From Octopus bimaculoides (taxonomy: Eukaryota), in assembly GCF_001194135.2 (NCBI RefSeq), contig NC_068997.1, forward strand, positions 56,828,596 to 56,892,595: a DNA stretch of 64,000 nt. The letters run 5' to 3'. The notes beneath the pieces are model-generated. The model did not search any database, had not been told where the DNA came from, and was given only the letters and a program-made list of their open reading frames with translations. The first letter of the stretch is position 1. Each line of letters opens with the position of its first letter. Shown piece by piece: positions 1-15,047 of this stretch. The translations under genes and the position numbers were made by a program.

Positions 1-194
1 ATGAAATAGGTCAAGAGATACTAATATTAAATATATTAAACATTACTGGTTTTGCATCAAAAAAGTCATTGAATTTAATTTCAGTTTTCGTCGAGGATAT
101 CGATTTCAGTATTTCTTTGCTTCTCCTTTTATTGAGCTCTGCCTGAGTCGTCTGATATTATAAAGGATTCAACACGACAACCGCTTTCTACCGT

Positions 195-365
195 ATGTAT
201 GTATGTACGTATTTATGTAACGACAGCCGTTTTCTATGTATGTATGCATGTATGTATGTATGCATGAATGTATGTATGTACGTATTTATGTATGCATGTA
301 TGTATGTATGCATGTATGTATGTATGCATGTATGTATGTATGCATGTATGTATGTACGTATCTAT
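195..365. repeat. (GTAT)n/(GCAT)n mosaic tetranucleotide microsatellite
   Basis: Directly visible; explains the MYVC/HTYI ORFs in the track. Confidence 0.95.
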
Positions 366-1819
366 GTAAGCACACACACGTATATGACAGCCTTCCACAC
401 AGTTTCCATCTCCTGCATTATTTTCACAAGAGATTGAACAACGCAATTCCAAAATACAGTAACCGAATGTGTGGTTAAACAAAAAAATGCGATTATTTCC
501 ATGAGACCGTCTTAGCCACACTCATCTGCCTGCTTCAAATTCTACATTCTTAATCAGGCAATGAATTTAGTATTATACTGTTAATTTAGGTGTTTTTATA
601 ATTACTTGGATATGGCAAAAGCTACGCATGTTCCAGTTGCCTGCTATATTTGCCAAAATAAAAAGAAAGCAGTGTTAGCCATTCGCTAATATTCATTGCA
701 CCCCGCTCCTATTTAAATCCATTTAACTCCATAATACCTCGTACCGTAATTTAGTTTCCAAAGACTTCCCCCACAAGATAATATGTTGCCTTGTCACAAC
801 GTTTTAACATTTCTTTCACGAGGACGCTGCTTCAATAGCAGAGGTTATTTAGAATAAATTACAATCTACTATCTATGACACAAATTTATATTACTGATAC
901 AAAACTGAAGTCAATTTTATTTCTATTCTTGATTTGATAAAATGAATAACAATCTCAGTGAATAAATATTTCAAGTTGAACCAAGCAAAAATATAAAAGC
1001 AAACACAAACATGTAGACCTGACAGTTTAATCTACATTCATAAAATTATATTTACATCGATTTTCCCCAACCAAGAAAAAAGATAGCTTATTTACATGGA
1101 AACTATGTTGTCTATTCTATTCTATGCATTTAGATTGAATATTCCAGGAGGTTTGCGAAAATAATTAAAGTTGGTGAAAATGAAAATGAAATTAAGAAGT
1201 AAATAAATGTAAAGAAGAGGATATGAAATAGGAGGTAGAGAACAAATTGGTCGTATTTGTATGTAAAGTATATCAATGGCTAAGAAGTAAAGTAATTATT
1301 CTTCTATATTTTGATGATGAACTTCCATAGATATTTCAGTAGGTTTATTGGAAATGTTTATCTTACTTTCTCCAGCTTAACAAACAAGCTGCATTCTCAC
1401 TGATAATATCGCCGTTTTGTCTTCAGATGCCATATTTCCATGATATCATTTGAAGGTAGAAACAGCAAAACTTATCTGATATTCGAACAAACAAAATAAT
1501 GAAATGAACAAAAGAGACAAATAACGGGACTTGAGTTAGTTGGCGGGGAACATATATCTTGCACTACATATAGTTACAATAACAAATATCATGATTATGA
1601 TAAAATTAAGTTATGTGTATGGGAATATGTATATGTACGTATAAACCTGTGTGTGCTTGCATGTGTGTGTGTATATATACATAGATAAATGGCTACATAT
1701 GCTCTCGCAAAACATATGCGTGTATATATGTGTGCATATCTATTTATCATTGAACTCATATACGAGTATATGTATTTGTGTTTATTATGAGTCTGTGCAT
1801 ATGTATATACTTACGTGTA

Positions 1820-1859
<40 letters not shown>

Positions 1860-1863
1860 AACA

Positions 1864-1933
<70 letters not shown>

Positions 1934-3252
1934 NNNNNNNNNNNNNNNNNNNNNNNNNNNNNNNNNNNNNNNNNNNNNNNNNNNNNNNNNNNNNNNNNNN
2001 NNNNNNNNNNNNNNNNNNNNNNNNNNNNNNNNNNNNNNNNNNNNNNNNNNNNNNNNNNNNNNNNNNNNNNNNNNNNNNNNNNNNNNNNNNNNNNNNNNNN
2101 NNNNNNNNNNNNNNNNNNNNNNNNNNNNNNNNNNNNNNNNNNNNNNNNNNNNNNNNNNNNNNNNNNNNNNNNNNNNNNNNNNNNNNNNNNNNNNNNNNNN
2201 NNNNNNNNNNNNNNNNNNNNNNNNNNNNNNNNNNNNNNNNNNNNNNNNNNNNNNNNNNNNNNNATATATATATATATACACTCATGAATATGATTGTATC
2301 TGATTGTTGGTGTGAGAAAGAGATGGGGAGTAAATAAGGGAGAGAAACACCTGGAGATAACTGCTGATTTTAGCTGTCAAAATGCTTTATGTAAAGGAAA
2401 AAGACAAGACGAACTATCTGATAATGTTGTCTATAATGACAATGTTTTGTGACAAGATGTATTTAATGAAGAAGTTTAGCTGAAGTTGAATATTATTATC
2501 TCCATGTACAACTGACTATTAATCTCATTTTTAAAAACACAGCAAAATGAATCTAACTTATAATATCTGATAACCTTTAAAGCGAGCTACTCATAATTTA
2601 TAAAGACAATAACGATTCGCCCCAAAGCCTATCTCTTCTGACCAATTGGCAGCTAACTCTTTTCAACGTACACATTCATTACTACAGTACTCTTAGTCAC
2701 AACAGTTTTTGATAAATACTTTACTGACTTTTCGTTGATTCTATTTATTTCACTAAATCTTCTGCTCCAGTACACTTAGCATTGTTGTAAAATGTCTATA
2801 CGTTCTGATTTCACTATTATCTGCTCCTTTTTACTTTTTCTTTCGGAATTCGTTCACAACAATTTGAATCAGTTTAAACCTTACTTACAATTTGAAATAC
2901 TTCCCTTTATCCAATTTAGATTTCCACAATCCACAAACGTTTACTGATTATCTTTAAACATTAACCATACCAAGTTCGTCTTCATTCCAATATCCTGATT
3001 ACTAACTCAATTTTAAGACTACTTTGATGCCACTCCTATTTAGAGTGTGATGAAAGCCAAATGAATCACTCAACAGTTGTAAAAGTAGTAGAGCTTCCAC
3101 GGCCTCTGCTACCATGGCACTGTTGGCGCGACAACTGTTCGTATTTTATGGCGAATTACATTACTATGATGAAAACTTCTATGACTGGTTTCATAAAATT
3201 CTACAGAAATAGCTGTCATCAATTTTAAACGCCATTTGTGTTTGTATTATAT

Positions 3253-3286
<34 letters not shown>

Positions 3287-3358
3287 CCACGCACGCACAC
3301 ACGCACACACACACACACNNNNNNNNNNNNNNNNNNNNNNNNNNNNNNNNNNNNNNNN

Positions 3359-3401
<43 letters not shown>

Positions 3402-4089
3402 TACGTATAAGTAATCAATTTGAAATTTTATTGATAATGTAATATTCGGTTTTTAATTGTGAGTGATAACACAAGAGTATGTTGATGGACATCTATTATT
3501 GGAGAAGACTGGTGGAAAAAGATAATTCCAAGACGGTGTCTTTAGAAGGTTCAAGAGACTAAACTACAGTCATATTGCTTAAAAACGAAATACGACAAAA
3601 AATAAATATTGCATTATATCGTTACTCTGACAGTAAGGTGGAATATTTGTTTGAAGAGAAATAATTTACATGGCTGTAAAAGACTGCCAGGTGAGTCTAC
3701 TAGATCGATCTAATGGTTGCTGCTGGCAAATATAAAATGAGATGGAAATAAATTCTATTGAACAGACATTTTGTACAGCAACGATTTCTTTTAGAGGAAC
3801 ACGGGATTATTACATAATGAGGTAGAAAACATTTATCAGTTGACTGAAACCTTCGCTATTCGTTTTACATCCATGAAGCAAATACTTAACAAGTGACTCC
3901 AGTAAAATTTGACCTCGTAACTCTATGTTATAATAAGTTTCACAAAACATCTAATTTGATTTTTAAACACCATATCTTCCAGATCAGGTAAAGGAAAAAC
4001 GTAGATGGAATATTATATCAGATTCTAAAATATTGAATATAAGAGAATTCTCGGTGGAATTTGGTAAAAGAACTACTTAATAACGCAAA

Positions 4090-4260
4090 AAAAAAGAAAA
4101 CGATGACGATGATGATGATATGAAGAGGAAGCGGAAAGAGAATGCTTGTTATTATTGTTATTGTTGTTGTTGTTGTTATTATTATTATTATTATTATTAT
4201 CATCATCATCATCATCATCATGGAGAAGATGATTATTATCATGTTGATAATGGTGATTTT
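4090..4260. repeat. Compound trinucleotide microsatellite (GAT)n-(TTG)n-(TTA)n-(CAT)n
   Basis: Directly visible; explains the poly-C/Y/H ORF 4120..4512. Confidence 0.9.
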
Positions 4261-4769
4261 TATGGTAAAAATGACGTTGGTGCTGATACTTTGTATATTT
4301 TTATAAATCACCAGAGAACGATAAGGAAGCATAACCATCATCATTTACAACATCTGCTTCATCAGCCAGTTTGTCGTCACCAACACCACTACCATACAGA
4401 TCATGCCACCTCCTTCTTCTGCACCATCATTGTCATCAGCATCGTCGCTGTTTTGACGATGACAACTACCATTTCTCTCACCACGTCTTCACCGTTTCAT
4501 AACATTATCTGACAGTTGTCTTTTCTCTTATTTGTTTCTTTTCTTTCTTGAGTTCGATATGTGTGGCAAGGCATATCTGTCACGAAACCACTTCGACACA
4601 ACCATTATAACATGCGTGTGTAATAGAGCATTGAAAGAAGATGTTGGATGTGGTTTCTATAGCCGACTGATTTTCGAACTGAATTAGATGATGCTACAAG
4701 AAACAACCACGGTGATGATTGCATCAGAATTCTAAACCAAAATATTTTTTCTCGTAACTTTTTAAAACG

Positions 4770-4865
4770 TTCAGGCGCAGCCACATAGTTAAGGCGTTCG
4801 CTTGACAACCGCCTGCTTGTAGATGAGTCCCAACAGTGCAACACTTTAGGTATATGTCTTCTAAG
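4770..4865 (+). mobile_element. Degenerate tRNA-derived SINE head (family A of this window)
   Basis: aggcgcagcc...gagtcccaacagtgcaacactttaggtatatgtcttcta resembles the 30715 copy (aggcgcaggc...cagtcccactgcgtggcaccttgggcaagtgtcttcta). Confidence 0.4.
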
Positions 4866-7662
4866 AATGCCTTTGTTAGTTATGCATTGCTTTGTTAAGT
4901 TTACTTGATGGACTCTTCATCTTAACCCCTTATTATACGCTTCCCTAACACTGCCGCTGTTTGCCTCTGCACTAGTAGACTCTTACAACACTTAAATTCT
5001 TTCTCCATCAAAGTTTTCATCTCTCATCACATCGCCTATAATCACTACCCTCGCTCTTATTCACGCTCCTTTTTGTGGGGAGCCCTTTGCCTTACATGTT
5101 ACAAGGCAACATCCCTTGATCTGACGGTATGAAAGAAGTACCGACGATATTCTCTAAAACAGTTGGTCGTATGAAGGGTATCCAGCCGTAGAAGCAACGC
5201 CACGCCATGCTTACCTAATCTACTGGATGCTGTCAAAACATTTGATCTATGCCAGTATGGTAATTAGACCTAAAATGATGAGAATTATATATTTAAGTGC
5301 AAATGCGCATGCGTACCTCAGTTTGTACTCACATAGTGTGCGCTTAGAAACGTTTGATTTTGATTAATTTTATGAATATTTATGTGTAAACACACATTAC
5401 TCACGCATACAAAAACAGGCATACACACACTCACAACACACATGGGATTAGGTAATTTATGATTTGCCGACGTAGATATTAATGTGTTTAATGTTTATTT
5501 GTGACGAAGTTTGTTAACGCTATAATGCTTGGCTATGTGAGTGCGTGTGTGTGCGCGTGCGTGTGTGTGCGCATGCGTGTGTGTTCATGAATGCCATCGT
5601 ATAGATAGGTACGTAGTGTAATATATTCTCATGTTCATATGACTACTGCATAGTGAGATTATTTCCGGGTTACTCCATTTTAATTTCATCCATGTCTTAC
5701 TCGCCGCTATACCCATTGGTAGCCAACAGACACAAGTTTACAAACTGTCAGACTGAACTTCAGTTTAACACCTTCTAGAAAGATAAATAATTATAGTAGC
5801 GACCTCAGAGTTCAGTGAATCGTTCAAAACATAAAATATTTACACCAATAGTCATTTCAATAGATACATACAAACATCTAACTCCTTCTTGCTTTCTTTA
5901 GTATTTAACTCTATCTGTAATATGTGTGTGAGTATGTGTATGTATATATAATGAATATGTATAAATCATTAAGTGTATATGCATTTATACATATGTATAT
6001 ACATATCTATCAGAAACATGCACATGTATATCTACATATTATATATATATATGTGTGAGGGAGTAGGTTGTGTGTTTGCGTATATATATGTGTGTGTCTG
6101 TGTGTGTATACGTGTGTGTGTGTGTCTGTGTTATATTTAGATTTAGACTACACCTACCAGAACTTTCAGTGGCAGAAGTGGGAAAGCGTGCTCCATAATG
6201 GTCTGTCTGTCTGTCTGCCGCGTTCTTTTCCAGCCCTGTCCAACTGATCTTCGTCCAGTTGAGGTTTCTCGTATTACATGCTTGCCGTGTAGTATCGAAT
6301 AATTTTGGTTTAAGAGTATTTTAATATGTTATTCGTCATTGGTTTATGATTATGCGTTCATTTGTTCTATGTTTTATTAAGTGTACTCATTGATGAACCT
6401 GTTACAGCATGGAAACCTTAGGTTGAAAAAGCTTTGACGAGAAAGTCTACAAAAGATTTGACCGGAGTGCATAAGAAGCGACTCAGAGGCCATGTCTATA
6501 TTTGGTCTTGAAAAGAAGACTGTGAAGGATTAATAACTTTGAATATGAAAGTATGTTGTTCCAAACAAAATGACAGAAACTGATACGAAAGAAAAACCTG
6601 TACCAACAAAATTTATAACTGCAAAATATAAATAAACATAAGCAACTATTTATATATGTGCACACAGACTCATGTGTAAGCGTGTGTATTTGCGTACATG
6701 TACGTATGTGTGCATATGCGTGTGTATGTGTGTATGTCAGTGTATATGTGCGTATGTGTTTTTGTTTGTGTACATTTGCGTGTAGTTTCAGACATTCTGA
6801 ATCTAGCATGTCTGGCTTTTTCTTCACTGACTGGTCCTGTCAAAGTATGTATGTATATATGTATGTATGTATTTATTTATCTATATCTATCTATCTCTTT
6901 CTCTCTCCATGTATGTGTGTGTGTGTGTGTGCGTGTGTGTGTGTACCTATGTCTCTCTACCTTAATTTTATCTGTGTGCATGTCAGTCCGTCAGTCTCTC
7001 TCTATCTATGGGGTTGTGCGCTATGTTAATACATCTCTGACTGATTACTAATGTTAATGTCACTTTAGACATTCGATCTTTTTTTTTATTTCGTATTTTC
7101 TTTCTTTATATCTTTATTCTTCCAACATAACCTTCCTCATTTAAAAATCAATTCTAATCAGAACGAAAATAAATTATGGAAAGCTTATAAAAAGCTAAAA
7201 AAGAAAACCATTAAGACCCAAACAAGCAAAATGTAAAAATTAATTCACCGAAAATTAACAAAAAAATTAAGATTATTAATTAAATCAATGCATGGTTGGA
7301 TTGATCAATAAGGTAAAAATGACGTAGAGACCACCTTTTGTGATTAATGATTTGTTTTTATCGAAAGATAGAACACATTTTATGAAAAAAATTTGAAAAT
7401 CACTTTTATGAAGAATTTTTTCTCGTCAAGGTAGACATATATCTTCATAAATTATGTCTGTAATCTAAACTATAATGCATCTATTTCTTTTCTAAATTTT
7501 TAGTAACTCACCTTTATTTTGTTTTAATATTCCCTATGTATATATATTTTTATTTTCCCACTTTCACTTGTATTTCAGCATAAACTGGTTCGCCACTACT
7601 TTGGCTTCTCTATTATGTGAGAAGATGTCTTCTACAATGCACACATTTTAATACATACAAAC

Positions 7663-7706
<44 letters not shown>

Positions 7707-8539
7707 GCTGTCCTCTGTAACATTCTAGCTGTTTACTCTTTCTTACTTCATCTCACTTTTTCGACTTTTCTTATCTGCTCTTAAGAAATTTAATTTATAG
7801 TTTTATATGATTAAGTTCTTGTACTTGTTTCTTATTTCATATTTGCTTTTCTTTCCTTTTTCATTATTTTTAAATTTTTTAACCAAATTCTATTTTAATT
7901 TTTCAACGCCAGTTTTATCTTTAAAGTAAAAAATTCCATTGTGATACTTTATTCAAAATTTATAATAAAATAATTTAATACAATTAAAAAAGTTTAATAT
8001 GAAATCTCTGACTTTCTGCAATAGTTTACTTTATCTATTTTATCTCTTAAAATTGAAAAAAAAATATCTTATATATATTTTTCTGAAATATTTTTATATA
8101 TTTGTTTTAATTTCTTAAAAATCTACTTGATTAAAATCAATGTCTTCTCTGAAAACAATATTTTCAGAAATTTGGTTTCTTGTATATTAATCAAGCAAAT
8201 GAGATAAAAGTATGAATATACTCCTGGCTAGGGTGCTTGTTGTCATGAATAGACCGCTCGACCTTCATTCCACGATCTTTCGTACCGATCAGCTTTTTTG
8301 TTTTTTTAACTGATACTATGAAACAAAGTAGGTGGGCCAGTCACACATCTCTTCGTGTTATGCAGTAGTGCCGTAAAGAAGGCAGAACACACAGGAGAGT
8401 GTCATGCAGGGTACAACAGTTCTCCTACTATGACGGTATTATCATCCTTGGAATTATTTTCTTTATCTGTTACACTGGTCAGCGATAGACAAAATGAGTC
8501 CTCCTCCTCCTTCTTCAATATCTTGCATTAACCATATCT

Positions 8540-9170
8540 CTTTAATCCCATCAATCCCTGACATTTTCACTAGGACTAATTCATCTAGTTCCTACCCATA
8601 GTCCCTGACATTTAGCTCATAAATTCTTTCTTCCACTTCAACTAAACAATGTGACAAAAACACTTTCAAAAATAATTTTCCCAAACTATTAGTTTGCAGT
8701 GTTGGCGGCAAGCAATCCCAGTGAGACTTACAAAATCCTTCTTGCCTACGTAAACCCGCGACAGTTTCTTGGGATTCCCGTTTTATATGCCACATCAGAA
8801 GAAACTACTTATCTAATTTTCACCGTGCAATGTAGAATGCAGTGACTTTCTTAGAGACATACGTAACCGTAGAACTGGACGAGAACTTATTACAGCCATG
8901 CCAAGGGATCACCAGACTGGGCCATTCTTTTAACCCTTTTATAGAAAACCTATTTAAAACTTGTTAAGTACCGTTAACGAAAGAATCTGAACACTGAAAT
9001 AATGCCACAATTGTACAAATTGATAAAGCTATGCAAAACTGTTACTCATGGTTGTTGCTGCTTAGACCCAAGTCCACGCTCATTCGGTAGATCGATGATT
9101 ATCGAATTTTTCCAGTGATCTTGTTGCCAAGAATTACATTGATAACATGGTCTATTTGGGGTAGTATTTT
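8540..9170 (+). mobile_element. Possible very old reverse-transcriptase relic (Penelope-like)
   Basis: Motif-like fragments in the expected order across frameshifts and stops: LPIVP, VSWD, CQGI...FNPFIENL, R*IDD, VYLG. Spacing fits only partly. Confidence 0.2.
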
Positions 9171-10219
9171 ACAATATCAGAAAGATTTTGCTGCTATTTC
9201 TAAGAAACTGAACGCCTGACCTGATATTTACCCTTTAGCACGGTTAAACTAAAGTATTTCGTTAAGTTTTCTCCAGTGTTTTTCTCTATCAACAGAATGC
9301 AAACAATGAAATAGTAAATTTGATTCAATCAACACCAGAATAATTTCGATTGCACAATAACTGACAGGAGAATTGAACTTGTGATTGATAGGTCGGTAGT
9401 TTTGTGGTATTTTATTTGGTCAGTGTCTGAATATTTCCGCTAGAATAGGCAGAATAACTGCTGAACAGCGAGCTCTAGACAAAGCTTAAATCTCACAATG
9501 CTCAGTCATGTATCGTGGTCAAGGACGACAGGAAAAGTGATTACCGAGTAGTCTCACTCAAGATGGTCACAAATTGATAGGTAATCTGTATAAGTGTACA
9601 GTCATTTAATCGAATATACGTTTATAAATATTTTGCCAATTATATGGCTATGTTGTTCTGTAATGGCAGATATTTGTTTATCCTGTATCTAACTACTCTA
9701 TCGGGTGAAACACTTTTCATGAATTACATCTAAAAAGAATAATTCCATTTTGAGAACAAAATTCAGTGCAAGAATCAGCTTAATTTTATAGTAAAGTTGT
9801 CCGCATTAGCTTCTCGATCGCCATTCCTTTCCATAGATTTTAAAAGATTGTATGAACATTTTGCCTAAATTTCAATTTGATTTTACATGCCGAATATCTT
9901 GCTGCCTATGAGTCACCTGTTGACTGTGGATTTAGTCAGACAGCAGCTCGAAATCAACCAGCACTGGGACGTTGTTAAACGTTTAAATTTTATATTTCTT
10001 TGGATTGAACCAAAAACTAGAGTTTTCAGTGGCAAATAGTTCAGAGTCACTACAATGGTCAACACCCTTGCAACTGTGGGCTAATGGCAACCACAAAAGC
10101 CGTTGCTCGTGCCTTTATTTTCTATTTAAAGGTTTAGAACTTTTTCAATCTTTAAGGAAATATATATGGTTCTTTTAATCCTATACATATACATATATGT
10201 GCTCACAGACAGACAGACA

Positions 10220-10255
<36 letters not shown>

Positions 10256-10540
10256 TACATACACGTATATATATATATATACTTATGCTACAACCTACAT
10301 ACGTATTTATAGATGTAGGAATACATACATACGCACAAGAAACACGCAGATAAACAGACCTCTATTTTTCTGAAATTCTGATTGCTAGAAATACAAAGTG
10401 TCCGAAAAGAGAATCTATTATATACACGCATACGCGCCCCGCCACACACACAAATAAACACAAGCTCACACACACACGTACACATACACACATATATTTC
10501 AATATATATTTTGACTCTATTTTCGGGAGTGCTGTGAATT

Positions 10541-10575
<35 letters not shown>

Positions 10576-11775
10576 TGGCGCATGTCATTACTTATTTTCG
10601 ACATATGTGTCTATATGTACAAAAATACATACATACACATAGACACACACACGCACATGTATACACACATATATGTGTGTATGCAGTTTATATACACACG
10701 CACAAAGGCAGAGAGAAAGGGACGCAGAATGTGTGAGTCGGAGATGAGGTGGCATAACACGTTTACATCCATTATATTTCCATTCTACCCCTATTATATT
10801 CCGTATGAAAGACAGGCACAGGTGTGTAATTCTGCTTTAGAGAAGCAGCAGAACTCTGTTCTCATGTCTTTTCTTCTTCATATTGTCTCTGCTGTAACAT
10901 TTTTTCCCTTCTGGGAAGAATTCTGTTCAGCTATGCAGACATTCATGATAACTGTCTGCCGTTCACGACCCAGCTCTATGACATTGTCTTCTTATCTTCC
11001 TGCTGTAATCTGTTTAAAGGCTTTAAGTTATCTTTATTGAATTACAGCAACACTTCTCTGAGCTTCTCTTTATGTTACAATAGGAAGTAGTCGCAAGGAG
11101 GCAATAATCTGCTTCAAACAATCACGAATGCACATACATGCACACTCACACACAGCTACTAGTATACATGCACAGACACACGTGCAAACACAGACACGCG
11201 CACATGGCATACACATACAATTGTATAGAAAGGTAGTATGTAAGCTGACAAATGTGATAAGTATGTGCAGTTTGCCTGCATCTAGGTGTCTATATATATG
11301 TATACGAACATAGATAATTATATAGTATGTATCTCTATGTATGTATATATTTATATATACAGGCTTATACATAAAGACATACATCATAACAATGCGCAGA
11401 TAAATACATGCCTCTATTCATATTGTAATTGTTTCGATAAACATTTCGTAAAGAAAATACTTCTTTGTGCAGAACGATTATTGAGTGGGTTCAATGAAAG
11501 TAAAAAAAAAAGCAGATTTAAATGATAATATACACACAGACATACATACACACGCACACACACAGACACATACACACACATACATAAAGTGCTCTATAAA
11601 TAAAGTTAGCAGGAACAGGCGCACAAAAAATTACATTCACATTCTAAAATAAAGCTTCATACATACATGTGTGTCCGAATACATGAAACCATTGGTTGTC
11701 TTATTAATCTACAAATAAAGAATATTTATGCATCAATGCAGTGTCGTGCATCCATTCTCATTGTTCCATAGTAAG

Positions 11776-11820
<45 letters not shown>

Positions 11821-12289
11821 NNNNNNNNNNNNNNNNNNNNNNNNNNNNNNNNNNNNNNNNNNNNNNNNNNNNNNNNNNNNNNNNNNNNNNNNNNNNNNNN
11901 NNNNNNNNNNNNNNNNNNNNNNNNNNNNNNNNNNNNNNNNNNNNNNNNNNNNNNNNNNNNNNNNNNNNNNNNNNNNNNNNNNNNNNNNNNNNNNNNNNNN
12001 NNNNNNNNNNNNNNNNNNNNNNNNNNNNNNNNNNNNNNNNNNNNNNNNNNNNNNNNNNNNNNNNNNNNNNNNNNNNNNNNNNNNNNNNNNNNNNNNNNNN
12101 NNNNNNNNNNNNNNNNNNNNNNNNNNNNNNNNNNNNNNNNNNNNNNNNNNNNNNNNNNNNNNNNNNNNNNNNNNNNNNNNNNNNNNNNNNNNNNNNNNNN
12201 NNNNNNNNNNNNNNNNNNNNNNNNNNNNNNNNNNNNNNNNNNNNNNNNNNNNNNNNNNNNNNNNNNNNNNNNNNNNNNNNNNNNNNNNN

Positions 12290-12327
<38 letters not shown>

Positions 12328-12689
12328 GCACACAGAAATAGAATTGAAAACACGAGTATATATATCTATAGAATTTTCTTTAGTAATTAATGAACAGAAA
12401 GTTAGAAAAGTGATTCAAGGAAAGCATTTCATGTATTTAACACGAAATTTATTTAACCGTAAATTAATTATGTAAATTACATACAACGAAAGAAAGATAA
12501 TTGTCCTGACTTTATTATTTATTTCGTTTTTAATTAAACTCGATTTATTTACAAGCTTATTCCGAAAGAGAAAATGCTTTTACTTCAGAATTTGTGCATC
12601 ATACATCTTGTATATACAATAGTATTAATACAGCTGTCATCAAGTATTGTACTCCACCTCGTCGCCACACTAAGCACAAATAAACAGCT

Positions 12690-13280
12690 TCCTCCAGCCA
12701 AATATATCACCAGTATTTAGATATAAAGCATCAGCCAACACTACACGTTTATGTATAATATCCAACATCGCAAAAGTCTTCAGAGATTAGTTCACTCGTC
12801 CGCACCACTGAGGCTGCGTTCGATCACCAACAATATCACCACTAGAAATGTGAATTATTAAATATATCAACCATAAATCGTAAACTTCCACCACCACCAT
12901 AATAATTCGCATCAAGGATCTCGCTCGAGACTGAGTGCCATAAAACAAATATTAGCAACGTATGGAATCTCCCGAATTCCTCCGTTATAAAATATTGGAT
13001 GGAATCGGGCAAATGTTTCAACATAGATCTGTGCTGTATCCAAAAAGGTAAAAAAAAAATTAAAAAAAGGAGGGAGTCAATACTTATGGCCACTTTAAAA
13101 AAGGTCACATCCGTTGGACAGAAGAAAAGCGTATCATTTTAAATTCTGCAAAAATAAATCGGTAACTTTAGAGTTTCATCTAATCTCTGATCCCTGACCA
13201 GACATTTTGGAATAACATCATTCAAGATATTCCTAGTTTAACTATTGCTGGCAACAAGAAGCCTAGGTTCCCAGGATTTT
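12690..13280 (+). mobile_element. Decayed non-LTR retrotransposon RT fragment (CR1/L2/Jockey-like)
   Basis: From 12704 the frame reads ISPVFRYKASANTTRLCIISNIAKVF (cf. I.PIFK...NYRPISLLSNISKVF). Later fragments ILATYGIS and YWMES and a QGS.L.P-like DNA stretch follow in RT order, with stops and frameshifts. Confidence 0.55.
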
Positions 13281-14059
13281 GAATAAATTTCAAGGAATCT
13301 GATCATTCTCTCTTTCTCCCCCCTCTCACTCTTTCTGTATGTGTGTGTGTATGTAAATGGGTGTGAAATCACGTATGTGCGCGTAACCTAAACTGTATAG
13401 TAAGAACTGTTTGTAACATAGAGTAATCAATATCAAATGATAAATAATACAACTGATAGCCATCACAGCAACTCAATGCACACGCTCAAACAAGGAAACG
13501 TGTATAATTTTAATATTTACGTAAACGGATGCCGAGCTGTTATTTGTTTGCTTCCGACTCTCATAGAAGATTTATCACGCATCAAGCACGCGTAAAAATC
13601 TTTCTTTCAAAAAATATCCGCCCCGCCATCACAGACGCATATGCCTTCACACAAATATGCACACGATTTGAAATATATTGGGAGTTCACTAAATCGTTAG
13701 GCCGATTTCAATAAAAGTGCATTCAATGGCTTCGCAGGGTAAGTTCTATAATATGGAAATTTGAATACAGTGTATCTAATGATAAATGATACAAATGGAT
13801 GGCGATTGCCATCAACTAACTCATATGGACAATCGTTAACAAATGCCGATTTACATATCCGTATAAGTGCTTGGCCCTTGATGAGGATTCCTCTTAAATT
13901 CGAAACTAATCACAGTAATGTCTTTGCTTCAATGCATAGAGAAATATAAAACACATTATTTACATTTGTTGACGCTGATAAGGTTATACATCACATTGAT
14001 AGTTAAATATATTATTGTGTATAACTAACGAAATCATGAGATAGATGTATCAAATATTA

Positions 14060-14225
14060 CATGTATGTATGTATGTATGTATGTATGTACGTACGTACGT
14101 ACGTATGTATGTATGTATGTATGTATGTATGTATGTATGTATATATGTATGTATGTATGTATGTATATATGTATGTATGTGTGTATGTATGTATGTATGT
14201 GTGTGTATGTATGTATGTATGCATG
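14060..14225. repeat. (ATGT)n microsatellite with ACGT/ATAT variants
   Basis: Directly visible. Confidence 0.95.
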
Positions 14226-14959
14226 CAGACGTACGTATTCAATATTCATTTGCGAGTGTGAGAGACAGAAACAGAATAGAAATTCAATAATTTGGAGGAA
14301 TGTGGAAATATATTTATGGATATAGATTTAATAAACCTACTTTATTATCCAACTCGTGTAACATGGTAATCAGAGCCACTTATTTAATGATTTCACATTT
14401 ACCTCTTACATCGACTTAGATATAAATAACTTTTTTCTTCTTTTTACCATAGATAATACGTCTAATTGATAGTACCTGCCTTACAGTGATGTTAACCACC
14501 TTGCAATGACTCGTAGATCAATTTAGCAATCTACAGTTTTAGCAGTAGTTCTATTTAATTTAAGACGTCTTTCACTGGAGCTACATTTAAGCACTGCCCT
14601 CACACTGTTTTCATTCATCAGTTACTTTTGAAATTAAAATCATTTGAGCAAAGTTTTTCTTTACAAACTTAATTCTCAGCAATGAATGCATTAATTAACA
14701 TTTACGACGTGCCAATTGAAACATTTTTCCATAGAAAATTACTTATTTCAGAATATTTTCCTACAAATACGCTGACCTAATATACATATTTTAAAGACTT
14801 GCTTGTTTAGTTTGCTTTCTCTAGTCTTTACTCCTTCACTTTCCCTCTCTTATGACATTTAGCAAGAATTTACATAGACCCATTGCTGTATATACATACA
14901 TACATACACACATATTATATAAGTGAAATATTAAAACATTATATATATATATATATATA

Positions 14960-14995
<36 letters not shown>

Positions 14996-15004
14996 AGCGA
15001 AAAA

Positions 15005-15047
<43 letters not shown>

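Noticed and set aside
13876-13920. TTGATGAG-stem-CGAAAC hammerhead-like motif
   Set aside because: Stem II forms, but C3 is altered and stem I cannot pair with either candidate cleavage triplet.
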